Assembly (NCBI RefSeq): GCF_000223395.1
Contig: NC_015931.1
Span: forward strand, 1,110,001 to 1,142,000
DNA from: Pyrolobus fumarii 1A
GTDB lineage: Archaea; Thermoproteota; Thermoprotei_A; Sulfolobales; Pyrodictiaceae
DNA length: 32,000 bases
Reading direction: 5' to 3'
Below are positions 15,985-25,164 of this stretch, piece after piece; position 1 is the stretch's first letter, and every line of letters starts with the position of its first letter. The notes beneath the pieces are model-generated. The model had not been told where the DNA came from. It was given only the letters and a program-made list of their open reading frames with translations, and did no database searches. The position numbers and the translations under genes were made by a program.

Positions 15985-17379
15985 CTAGGCTTCGCTCCAA
16001 AGGCTCTCAGCCTCTTTAACGAGCTGCGGCCAGAGTAGAGTGAAGTCCACCACAGCGTGGTGACTATCCAGATGTCTCACGGGCTCTTCTTGACCCTCTA
16101 CCCTCCCCGCCACGACCAGATAGTGGTTCACGGGTGACTGGAGGCCCGTGTACGTCGCCAGCCTCTCCAGCCTCTCGAGGAGCCGGGCTGCATCCCTAGA
16201 GTCTATGCTTAGCTTCACCTCGATGAATGTCGTGGATGACCCCGGGTCACGCACAACCATGTCTATCTCCATGTCTTTCTTCCACCACGGCCCGTGTTCA
16301 ACCGGGGGCGTTGGTATAACCCCGGCCACGTGTAGCTCTGGAAGCAGCTCCTCAACAACTTGCTGGAGTATAGGGCCTAGCAGCCTCTCCCTCACGAGCC
16401 TAGATGCTATCTCTACCGCTCTTGCTGTGTAACCAGCCTCTACGAGGCTCTGCACGCGGGGTGTCACGGTGAACCAGTAGCGGAAGAAGGGGTCGCGAAT
16501 GTAGAGTCTCGATCCTCTCTTTGAGCCTAGGGGCGTTCTCCTCTCCAGTATATCCAGTTGCTCTAGGGTAGAGATGTAGTGGTGCACCGTCCTCGGGTCA
16601 ACCCCGGCTGCCTGCGCAGCCTCGCTTGGCGTTACGCGGCCCTCCGCGACAGCTCGTAGGAGTGAGAGGTATGTGCGCGGCTCTCTAAGCTCCTGGCGTA
16701 GAAGGTCGAGGGGTTCGGTAAGCAGCGGGTGGCCCGGCTCGAGCACCCGCTCTAGTAGCTCCTCTAGGCTCCGGGCGCCGCGCGCGTGGGATGCGTAAGC
16801 CGGTGTGCCCCCGAGCACCGAGTACATTGCGAGCTCCTCTAGAGGATCGCTCGCATCACGGTAGAAGCCGTGAGCTTCGATAAGCCTCATCGGGCGTAGA
16901 CGGATAACCCTACTCCTGCGCCCGAAGAGAGGCGCCCGATATCCTAGCAGCTTTTTCTCGAAGAACGAGACGGCTGAGCCACAGAGGATGAGCATCAGCT
17001 TAGACTCGGATAGCACACTGTCTATGCTCCTCTGTAGCCTCGAGGGTAGGCTAGGGTCAGCCTCAACCATATACTGGAACTCGTCGAGGACAACAACAAG
17101 CCTCTCGTGTAGAGCGGCTAGCCTCTCCAACGCCTCCACGAGGTCAATAGGCACATAGATCCCAAGCTGCTCGCCAACAGCAGCGGCGAACTCGGAGTAG
17201 AGGTCATCCGCGGGAAGCTCGGCAGCCACGTAGTAGACACCACGCTTGCCCCTCATGAAGCGGCGGAGTAGGGCCGTCTTCCCAACCCTCCTCCTACCAT
17301 AGACTACCACGAGAGAGAAACGACCAGAGGCCCACTCCGACTCTAGCATGTTAAGCTCGACGCGCCTATCGAGGAACAA
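15985..17379 (-). CDS. Arch_ATPase + wHTH + DUF234-type C-terminal PD-(D/E)xK-like domain (fused NTPase-nuclease architecture)
   Basis: TTG start. FLDRRVELNMLE, Walker A GRRRVGKT, Walker B VVVLDEFQ. The C-terminus PWWKKDMEIDMVVRDPGSSTTFIEVKLS has the same D...E-x-K arrangement as the stand-alone coiled-coil nucleases. Confidence 0.85.
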   Translation of the reverse strand: MFLDRRVELNMLESEWASGRFSLVVVYGRRRVGKTALLRRFMRGKRGVYYVAAELPADDLYSEFAAAVGEQLGIYVPIDLVEALERLAALHERLVVVLDEFQYMVEADPSLPSRLQRSIDSVLSESKLMLILCGSAVSFFEKKLLGYRAPLFGRRSRVIRLRPMRLIEAHGFYRDASDPLEELAMYSVLGGTPAYASHARGARSLEELLERVLEPGHPLLTEPLDLLRQELREPRTYLSLLRAVAEGRVTPSEAAQAAGVDPRTVHHYISTLEQLDILERRTPLGSKRGSRLYIRDPFFRYWFTVTPRVQSLVEAGYTARAVEIASRLVRERLLGPILQQVVEELLPELHVAGVIPTPPVEHGPWWKKDMEIDMVVRDPGSSTTFIEVKLSIDSRDAARLLERLERLATYTGLQSPVNHYLVVAGRVEGQEEPVRHLDSHHAVVDFTLLWPQLVKEAESLWSEA

Positions 17380-17391
17380 GCGTAGCTACCC

Positions 17392-17447
17392 ACGCGTATC
17401 CCGGTACGCGTACCTAGATACGCGTATCCACATACGCTATCAGCACG
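17392..17447. promoter_or_regulatory. Four tandem 14-bp repeats, three with an ACGCGT(A) core, immediately upstream of the ATPase-DUF234 start
   Basis: ACGCGTATCCCGGT / ACGCGTACCTAGAT / ACGCGTATCCACAT / ACGCTATCAGCACG. GTACGCGTAC (17404-17413) and ATACGCGTAT (17418-17427) are perfect 10-bp palindromes. Confidence 0.55.
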
Positions 17448-17629
17448 GAACACCCGAGAAGCGAAAAACCGTCATCCCCGAGTGCCGCACGCCAGCCCCA
17501 GCCCATGGTGCTACATGTTCACAGTGGCTAGGTGCCTGTGCCCAGGCGGTTGCGGGCGGCGTGTGCTGTCAGGCTTATTCGTCGTGGTTTGGGGGTCCTT
17601 AGCATCCCGGGAAGGAGAGGTAATGTGTT

Positions 17630-18931
17630 GTGACCGGCAGGGTGTTTGTGACGCGCTTTGACCTGGAGGTGTTGCTGGAGGCTCTGGTTGAGGCTGAGAG
17701 GCTGAGGCCGGCTCAGTACGCGAGGCGGCGTGTGTTCGCCCGGAGGGGGGTGGCTGGCGGCAAGGCGAGGTTCCTGGCAGCGATACTGGCTAGCATCTGG
17801 AGGATGGCTGGGCTTCTAGACGAGAGCCTCGGGGCTGCCGGCATTGACGTCTCTATGTTGGACGAGAGGGGTAGGAGCGAGGCTAGGCTGACAGCCTACC
17901 TCCTACTGAGGGAGGAGAGGTGCGCGAGAGACGAGAGGTGTGTGCGGCTTCTCGAGGAGCTTGGTGGTGTGGCAGCGAGGGTTGTTGAGGCGTGGAGGGC
18001 TGGGCGTCTGGAGCTTGACGAGGAGCTGCTAGAGTACCTGGTGCCACGGTGGCTCCTTGAACGGGTGAAGAGTCTCCTCCCGGGCGAGTGGCGGGAGCTA
18101 CTCCGGGCTTTCAATAGCGCTCCGCCGGTCTCGCTCCGCGTCAACACCCTCAAGGCTAGCTACGACCGCGTGTGGCTCATTCTCGAGGAGGAGGGTAGGG
18201 AGCCGAGGCGCTCCAGGTGGGCCCCCGAGTGGGGTGTTATCGTCGGCAACCCGAGGGATCTCCACGAGTCTAGGGTGATACGCCACGCGCTCGCCTACCC
18301 CCAGGATGAGGCCAGCATAGTGGCGTCTCTCGTCCTCGACCCGAAGCCCGGCGAGCTAGTCTTCGACCTGACGGCCGCGCCGGGCGGGAAGACCCTCCAC
18401 ATGGCCGCCCTGATGGGCAACCGTGGGAGGATAGTCGCGATCGACGTCTCTAGGCTCAAGGCTAGGCTCCTAGAGAGGAACGTGGAGAGGCACGGGGCGA
18501 GGATAGTGGAGGTTCGCGTGATGGACGCTAGGGAGGCGCCGCGCGTCTACGGCGAGAGCGTGGCGGATCGCGTGATGCTGGACGCGCCGTGCACGAGCAG
18601 CGGGACGCTGGCAAGGAACCCGGACCTCCGCTGGAGGATCACACCCGAGGAGGTGTACAAGATGCATAGGCTCCAGGTTGAGCTCCTAGAGGCCGCGGTT
18701 AGGCTTGCAAAACCAGGCGCCCGTATACTCTACGCGACGTGCAGCATCTTCCCCGAGGAGGGCGAGGAGGTCGTAAAGAAGATCCTAGAGAGGAGGAGTG
18801 ACGTCGAGGTGGTGCCCCTCGAGGCTCCATTCGACCCGAGCCCCTGGCTAAGGGGCGCAATGAGAGCCTGGCCGCACCGCCACGGCACCATAGGCTTCTT
18901 CTACGCGCTCCTGGAGAAGACCAGGCGGTGA
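17630..18931 (+). CDS. RsmB/Nop2/Sun-family RNA (cytosine-C5) methyltransferase
   Basis: YPQDEASIVASLVL, SAM motif FDLTAAPGGKT, catalytic DAPCTSSGT and YATCSIFPEE. Confidence 0.9.
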   Translation: MTGRVFVTRFDLEVLLEALVEAERLRPAQYARRRVFARRGVAGGKARFLAAILASIWRMAGLLDESLGAAGIDVSMLDERGRSEARLTAYLLLREERCARDERCVRLLEELGGVAARVVEAWRAGRLELDEELLEYLVPRWLLERVKSLLPGEWRELLRAFNSAPPVSLRVNTLKASYDRVWLILEEEGREPRRSRWAPEWGVIVGNPRDLHESRVIRHALAYPQDEASIVASLVLDPKPGELVFDLTAAPGGKTLHMAALMGNRGRIVAIDVSRLKARLLERNVERHGARIVEVRVMDAREAPRVYGESVADRVMLDAPCTSSGTLARNPDLRWRITPEEVYKMHRLQVELLEAAVRLAKPGARILYATCSIFPEEGEEVVKKILERRSDVEVVPLEAPFDPSPWLRGAMRAWPHRHGTIGFFYALLEKTRR

Positions 18932-19143
18932 GACGCGGAGCACAGACCCGCGAATCCAATTGCCTCCCTCGCGGCACTGTTATACGGTGAAACGCCGGCT
19001 TTACTAGTCAAGCACGATGCTTACGGGAGGTAGTTGAGCAAGGCCCTAGCTTGTAACTTTATGCCTTGCTCACACATACTGAGCAACTTCTTACAAAGCA
19101 CCCTGTCGGCAATAACTAACACTTAATGTAGGGTGTTGACGGG

Positions 19144-19893
19144 ATGTCGCGTACCGGCCTCGCACTACTAGTAGGCATCATAATTGGCATCGGATTGATG
19201 CTCGGGTACACCTACCGCTGGGGCCAACCAACCCCAACAACCATCACGACAACCACCGAGAGCAGCATGACGCCGCATGGCCCCGGCCCACAGGGTCCAC
19301 AGACGGGAGCAACCAGCGAGACGACCACCCCAATGGGGAGGCATGGTGGACCAGGAGGGCCGATGAGGGGCACAGCGGGTCCAGGCAGGGCACCATCCGA
19401 CATGGGTATGGAGGTTCCGAGCACGTGCCTCGACGTTGGTAACGGGCAGCCCCCAGGCCACAACATAATGTGGCTCTTCAATAACCACGACGTGTTCCGT
19501 TACAAGCTGCTAGAGTTCCCGGAGAACAAGACACTCGTCTGGATAATCACCGCGCCCAGCCACGACGCCCTAGAAGTGCTAGTCAGCCACATCGAGCAGA
19601 TGGAGTGTATCGTCGAGCACGGAGGCCAGCCGAGGCCGCACGACCCGCTCTTCAGGGTGGACGCGGCTATCACAAGCAAGTATGTTGACACGAAGATAGT
19701 CTGGCTTAACGACACGGCAGTCAAGATAATCAAGGTGGCCAAGAACGACTGCGCCTTCGAGGTCATAAAGCTACACGCGCAGGTTGTGAAGGGCTTCTTC
19801 GAGACCGGTAGGCTCGAGGCTATGAAGATACACGAGGTGCCACCCGAGGCCCTCCAGCTCTGCGCACCCTACCTCAACACCACCAGCGGGTAA
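19144..19893 (+). CDS. Hypothetical membrane-anchored extracytoplasmic protein (N-terminal TM, Pro/Gly/Thr-rich linker, unknown C-terminal domain)
   Basis: MSRTGLALLVGIIIGIGLMLGY anchor, then a PTPTTITTTTESSMTPHGPGPQGPQTG linker. Family not recognised. Confidence 0.55.
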   Translation: MSRTGLALLVGIIIGIGLMLGYTYRWGQPTPTTITTTTESSMTPHGPGPQGPQTGATSETTTPMGRHGGPGGPMRGTAGPGRAPSDMGMEVPSTCLDVGNGQPPGHNIMWLFNNHDVFRYKLLEFPENKTLVWIITAPSHDALEVLVSHIEQMECIVEHGGQPRPHDPLFRVDAAITSKYVDTKIVWLNDTAVKIIKVAKNDCAFEVIKLHAQVVKGFFETGRLEAMKIHEVPPEALQLCAPYLNTTSG

Positions 19894-20076
19894 GAAACAG
19901 CTACACAAACTCCACGCAACTAAACCCGTTTTTACGCCCCAGGGGCTCCACCCTCGTTCTACTCCAGCTCCACATTCCTGGTTTTCACGCCCCTCACGCG
20001 CTTATACAGAAACGATACACTTAGGAGCGTGTTGAGGGCGCTCTTGAACAAGTAAAGTTTTCCCGTTTCAAGCTTC

Positions 20077-20607
20077 TTGAGTATCTGTATCCCGTGGGGC
20101 TATGGCTTGACTCTACTAGAGGCTATTCGCCTACCTCGCAGCATTGCCCAACGCCTCCGTATTGAGGCCGAGAAGCAGGGTATGAGTCTAGAAGAGTACC
20201 TCGTGGAGCTTGCCACGCGGGACCTGGATCCGCCGGAGAGGGCGCGGGAATACATCGAGACAGCACGGGCGCTCCTGGAGCAGGCTCGCGAGGAGCTAGA
20301 GAGGGGCGACGTGAGACAGGCTGCGGAGAAAGCCTGGGGCGCGGCGGCACTAGCGGTAAAGGCCTACGCAGCCTGGAGGGAGGGAAGGCGGCTCACCAGC
20401 CACGGTGAGCTCTGGGAGTATACACTGGTGTTGCGCAAGGAGCTTGGAAAGTGGGTTAGTAGCGCATGGAACGCCGGTAACAGCATGCACACCTGCTTCT
20501 ACGAAGGATGGTGCGAAAGGGAGCACGTGGAGGACGCGATAGAGGAGATAGAGAGGCTAGTAAAAACAGTCGAAGAGAAGATCAAAAAGACCCATACGGA
20601 AACATGA
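20077..20607 (+). CDS. PaREP1-family protein with N-terminal RHH-like segment
   Basis: LERGDVRQAAEKAWGAAALAVKAYAAWREGRRLTSHGELW ... NSMHTCFYEGW is the classic PaREP1 signature. Confidence 0.8.
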   Translation: MSICIPWGYGLTLLEAIRLPRSIAQRLRIEAEKQGMSLEEYLVELATRDLDPPERAREYIETARALLEQAREELERGDVRQAAEKAWGAAALAVKAYAAWREGRRLTSHGELWEYTLVLRKELGKWVSSAWNAGNSMHTCFYEGWCEREHVEDAIEEIERLVKTVEEKIKKTHTET

Positions 20608-20662
20608 CTGAGATAGTATTGATGTATATACGGGCATGCTCCTACAAGAAGCTGAAACTAAC

Positions 20663-20703
20663 AAAAAAAAAAAAAAAAAAAAAAACAAAAAAAAAAAAAA
20701 AAA
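20663..20703. repeat. A23-C-A17 homopolymer tract (T17-G-T23 on the minus strand) between convergent PaREP1 and sucD genes; probable sucCD terminator
   Basis: Counted directly: A run 20663-20685, C at 20686, A run 20687-20703. It lies 76 nt downstream of the sucD stop on the minus strand. Confidence 0.9.
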
Positions 20704-20778
20704 GACGTGATCTTGTCCAGGCGCAAGGGTGTGTATACAGAGTTGAGAGAAAAGGACGATTGATTAGTTAGCTGTGTG

Positions 20779-21669
20779 TTAGAGCTTGCCTAGCTCTCGG
20801 AGCTTAGCCTCGACTAGATCCGGAACTTCTGTTGGTACTCTTGCCACCGGTATCCCGGCCTCCTGTAGCACCCTCGCCTTCTCCTCGGCTGTGCCGCTCG
20901 ACCCCATGACTATGGCTCCGGCGTGACCCATCCTCTTTCCTGGCGGCGCGTTGCGGCCCGCGACGTAGGCTACCAGCGGCTTCTGTATCTCGCCCCGCTT
21001 GTAGGCCTCTGCCAGCCTCTCCTCCTGGTCGCCGCCGATCTCGCCTATGACTACGACTAGGTCGGTTTGCGGGTCGTCGTTGAAGAGCTTGACAGCCTCG
21101 ACGAGGTCAGTGCCGATTATTGGGTCGCCGCCGACGCCGATCACGGTCGACTGGCCGATGCCGCGCTCGGATAGCATGGCGGCTATCTCGTAGGTGAGCG
21201 TGCCGCTCCTCGAGACTATGCCGACGTTGCCCGGCTTGAAGTACTGGTGTGGCATTATCCCTAGCTTCGCCTCGCCGGGGGTTATGACCCCGGGGCAGTT
21301 GGGGCCTATGACGCGGACGCCGCGGCTCCTAGCGTAGTTTATCGCGCGGAGCGAGTCGTGTATCGGGATGCCCTCGGTTATCACGACTATGAGCTTGATC
21401 CCCGCGTCCACAGCCTCTATGATCGCGTCGGCGGCGCCCGGGGCAGGCACGAATATGATGCTCGAGTTTATCTCGGGGTGTTCCCTTACAGCCTCCTCGA
21501 CGCTGTCATACACCGGGACTCCGTGTACGTTCTCCCCGCCCTTGCCGGGCGTCACGCCCGCCACTATCCTGGTACCATACTCGAGCATTAGCTTCGTGTG
21601 GAAGCTGCCGTATCGCCCCGTGATACCCTGGACGAGGGCGACCGTACCCTTACCCACGAGCACGGGCAT
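20779..21669 (-). CDS. sucD: Succinyl-CoA synthetase (ADP-forming) alpha subunit
   Basis: [30 protein letters not shown], and the phosphohistidine loop GHAGAIV. Directly abuts sucC. Confidence 0.95.
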   Translation of the reverse strand: MPVLVGKGTVALVQGITGRYGSFHTKLMLEYGTRIVAGVTPGKGGENVHGVPVYDSVEEAVREHPEINSSIIFVPAPGAADAIIEAVDAGIKLIVVITEGIPIHDSLRAINYARSRGVRVIGPNCPGVITPGEAKLGIMPHQYFKPGNVGIVSRSGTLTYEIAAMLSERGIGQSTVIGVGGDPIIGTDLVEAVKLFNDDPQTDLVVVIGEIGGDQEERLAEAYKRGEIQKPLVAYVAGRNAPPGKRMGHAGAIVMGSSGTAEEKARVLQEAGIPVARVPTEVPDLVEAKLRELGKL

Positions 21670-22815
21670 TCACGCCTCACCCCCAGCCTCCTTCGCGAGC
21701 CTCACGGCCTCGCGTACGGCCTCATCCATCCTCTGGTACACCTTGAATCCCTTCTCCTCGAGGATACGCCTACCCTCCTCCTCCATGGTGCCCACGAGCC
21801 TCGCCACCAGCGGCTTCCTCACACCAGACTCCTCATAAGCAGCGACGATACCGTGCGCCACCTCGTCCACGCGAGTAATGCCGCCGAAGACGTTCACTAG
21901 TATGACCTTGACCTTTGGGTGGCGGAGGAGGAGCGTAACAGCCCTCTTGACCTTGTCGCGGCGCGCGCCGCCGCCGATATCGAGGAAGTTCGCGGGCCTA
22001 CCGCCGTAATGGTATATCATGTCGAGAGTTGCCATCGTGAGGCCAGCGCCGTTGCCAATTACACCGATGTCGCCGTCCAGCTCGACGTACGCGAGGCCGT
22101 AGAAGTGGGCTATCCTCTCCAGGCCGCGTAGCTCATACTCGCGGAGCTTCTCGAACTCCGGGTGCCTATACACCGCGTTATCGTCGACCACCATCCTGAA
22201 GTCGAGCGCCACAATCCTCCCGTCCTCGGTGATGGCCAACGGGTTGGACTCGACGAGCTCCGCGTCATACTCGATCAGCATCTTGTACATGGCTTTGGCT
22301 ATCTCCTCGAACTGGCGGAGAAGCTGCCCGGATAGCCCGATGTTCTTGGCGATCTTCCTGACCTGGTAGCCCTTGAGCCCGACGAACGGGTCGATATCCA
22401 GCCTCTTGATCGCCCATGGTTTCTTCGCGGCTATCTCCTCTATCTCCATGCCACCCTCGCTGCTAGCCAGCATCGTTATCGTCCTGTTGCTTCTGTTGAC
22501 TATGAAGGAGAGGTAGAGCTCCTGCTTGTGCGGCACAGCCTCCTCGACTAGCACAGAGTAGACCGGGTACCCCTTGATCTCCGAGCCGAGCATCTTAAGG
22601 GCTATCTCGTAGGCCTCATCCTCACTCTTTGCCAGCTTTACGCCACCGGCCTTACCCCTGCCTGCCACCGGCACCTGCGCCTTGATAACCACCGGGAGGC
22701 CGAGGTGGTGTATAGCGTCGATTACCTCCTCGGGGCGCGTAGCCAGCCTACCCTCTGGTATCGGTATGCCGTACTCACGCGCTATCCTCTTCGCCTCGAA
22801 CTCGACTATGTTCAA
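21670..22815 (-). CDS. sucC: Succinyl-CoA synthetase beta subunit (ATP-grasp)
   Basis: [51 protein letters not shown] and [11 protein letters not shown] start. Confidence 0.95.
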   Translation of the reverse strand: MNIVEFEAKRIAREYGIPIPEGRLATRPEEVIDAIHHLGLPVVIKAQVPVAGRGKAGGVKLAKSEDEAYEIALKMLGSEIKGYPVYSVLVEEAVPHKQELYLSFIVNRSNRTITMLASSEGGMEIEEIAAKKPWAIKRLDIDPFVGLKGYQVRKIAKNIGLSGQLLRQFEEIAKAMYKMLIEYDAELVESNPLAITEDGRIVALDFRMVVDDNAVYRHPEFEKLREYELRGLERIAHFYGLAYVELDGDIGVIGNGAGLTMATLDMIYHYGGRPANFLDIGGGARRDKVKRAVTLLLRHPKVKVILVNVFGGITRVDEVAHGIVAAYEESGVRKPLVARLVGTMEEEGRRILEEKGFKVYQRMDEAVREAVRLAKEAGGEA

Positions 22816-23129
22816 ACGCGGGCTCCCCCCAGGAGCGTGAACGAGTAAGCCCCACGTTAAACCAGTAGAACCTAGAGTAAAACATTACGACTCTAGACGC
22901 GGGCACAAGAGACGAGCCATAGACACTAGCCTATCATGCCACCCTGGCAACCCGCGGATGACGAAACCACAGTGACAAGCCCCGTGCAACTAGAGTTATG
23001 ACACGGCCCGCAGGGCAACCACTAGCGAGCCGAGAAGCGCCGCGTGAGAGGCTATGGGTGTTCGGGAGGCGCGAGGGTGAATACACGGCTAGGAGGAGCA
23101 GCCAGGCCTACGTTGAGATGCACGCTATC

Positions 23130-23935
23130 CTACCATGCATAGACCCTGACTCCCTTTGACAACGCGTATTGCACTATCTCCCTGCCTATCCTGGCCCCAG
23201 TCAACACCGGTATGACCTCCCTACCCGGGTTGCGCCTAGCCACAATCTCGGCTTTCGCCAGGAGCGCCCCAACATCGGCATGCTTGGGTTGAACCTTGAC
23301 CTCCACCACGTATACGCGCTTCTCTGTGACTATTAGAAGGTCGATATCCTCTGTATCGATGCGCGCGTTCCTCTCCCAACTGAGGAGGCGGTCACCCGAC
23401 GCAGCAACCTCCTGCACAATGATATCTAGAGTGAACTTGCTGTAGGTGCTTTCGGCGAGAGCACCGAGAGTATCAGATAGCCTCGCAACGCCCCCTCTAG
23501 GCTCCTAACTCTCCCCTGCATATCGCTAATCATGTCCTGCAAGCTCTTAACCTCCTCCCTCAAGTTCCCCGTCTCGCTCTTCAACCCTCCAATCTCCTCC
23601 CATACCCTCCTAACCTCCTTCCTCGTCCCCCCAATCTCTTCCCTCATCTTCCCAACCTCCTTCCATATTCTCTTGATCTCCTCCCATATCCTCCTAGTCT
23701 CGTCTCGCAACGCGCGAATCTCCTCCTGCACCGCCTGGAACCTCTTCTCGAACTCCACCCTCATCCTGCGCAACTCCTCCAACAGCTCCTCGAACCTCTT
23801 GTCGTGCACCTCAAGCCGCTCTAGTATCTCGAGCATGCCGAGCTCGGCAGCCACGATCCTCCTGAACTCCGGGTCTCTGCGGATAAGCTCCAGGAGGCGG
23901 CGCTTCAGCTCCTCATCGCTTATGCCGGCTGTCAC
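23130..23935 (-). pseudogene. Coiled-coil + PD-(D/E)xK nuclease-fold protein, paralog 3, split by a 1-nt frameshift at a C5 run (23491-23495)
   Basis: ORF 23426-23935 carries LKRRLLELIRRDPEFRRIVAAELGMLEILERLE plus heptads. ORF 23130-23417 carries DIDLLIVTEKRVYVVEVKVQ. Manual translation of the third frame links them: ...ARLSDTLGALAESTYSKFTLDIIVQEVAASGD. One extra G in the minus-strand GGGGG run restores a single frame. Confidence 0.75.
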
Positions 23936-24023
23936 CCTGTCGCACCCTAGAGTGAATCGTGGCCGCCCAGCCTCCTAAATAGCGTTGAGAGCACTCGAAG
24001 CTCTTGAAGGCGAATGTAGCGTC

Positions 24024-25058
24024 TTAACCGCCGCCCACGAGTTTCTGGATGGCTGTGCGGTAGACGGGGGTCTGCCAGGCGAGCCTCTGGCCGATGCCGA
24101 GCCTGGGGTCGATGGACGGCGGCTCGTCAACCCAGAGCCACTCGCTCCTCTCGGCGGGTATCTCGGCGACCAGGTTGAGCCCGACAAGCCTCTCGAGCAG
24201 GGCGGGTCTCTGTAGTACAAGCTTCTCGCCCCTAACCGGGTCGGCGGCGAAGACGCGAAGGGCCTCCAGGTCCTCGGGGTTAAGGCTTGTTACGAGTCTC
24301 TCCAGCATCCTAGACTCGGTGACGAACTGGACGAGACACTCCATGCTCCAGTCTAGCTCGTAGAGCATCCGGAGTATACGCCCGTTGCCACCAGTCACTA
24401 GCCACGCTTCCTCAGCGTCTAGCCCCCGTTCTGGTAGCTGCTCGTAGAGCCTCTGGAACCCCCTGCGCGACAGGTTCCACATCGCGTAGGTTAGGACCCA
24501 GTTGTGCCTAGCAAGCCTCCATCGCGATAAACCCTCGCTACTGGCCATGAGCACCACCATACGCTCGTATTCGCCCGGAGGGTACTCCAAGAGCTCCAAT
24601 AGGCTCTTTGCAAGTCCCTCAACACGTTCGAGACCAACTGCTTGGAACACATCGTCGAGTATCACAGCGAGGCGTGCACCACGAAGCCTTCTAAGCGAGT
24701 AAGCCACTAGCTCGGAAACAGCCTCAACCAGACCAGCAGCGTCGACACCCGCCAGCCGCTCGAGTAGTGCCCCTGCAACCCTCTTCACACCTTCAGACAC
24801 GCGGAGTCTCTCGGCAACGGGGCTCTCCAAGGGCCTCAGCATGACGACCTCATAGCCCTCCTCTTCGAACACCTTCTCTGCGCATAGGAGGAGGGCAGTC
24901 TTGCCGCAACCCTCCGGCCCGTATATCACGATAGGCAGGCTGGCGCCGCGAGCAGCTAGACGCCGTAGTCACTCGACACCCCGCTCTCTATCCACGAAAG
25001 ACACGCCAACGCCAGGCGTGAAGACGAGCCTCAAACCGCTACACGAATCTAGTGGCAT
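24024..25058 (-). pseudogene. Arch_ATPase-type P-loop NTPase interrupted by an in-frame TGA (24969-24971)
   Basis: The track ORF begins at GTG 24929, only about 5 residues before Walker A (GPEGCGKT). In the same frame upstream I read MPLDSCSGLRLVFTPGVGVSFVDRERGVE-TGA-LRRLAARGASLPIVIYGPEGCGKT. The F-x-D-R-E to Y-G spacing is the same as in the 15985-17379 ATPase. Walker B is AVILDDVF. Confidence 0.7.
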
Positions 25059-25164
25059 ACACTGCCATCCTCGGTTATTATCGCCGCCTCATGGTGCTTA
25101 AAGCGCTGGGTTAGCCCCCCGGCAACCCGGCTGGCTAGGCTGGTTCTTCAAGGTTGGAGCGTCG

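Noticed and set aside
20508-20771. 87-aa ORF translating the poly-A tract as poly-Lys
   Set aside because: It is an artefact of the A23-C-A17 tract, with no plausible protein features.
22950-23020. Possible C/D-box sRNA (ggatgac ... ttatgaca)
   Set aside because: C-box-like sequences are imperfect, and no CUGA D or D' boxes occur at the right spacing.
24969-24971. In-frame TGA in the ATPase as selenocysteine or programmed readthrough
   Set aside because: I see no SECIS-like element, and Sec usage is not expected in this kind of archaeon. The neighbouring gene is also broken, so a nonsense mutation or base-call error is more parsimonious. Kept as a finding only in that sense.
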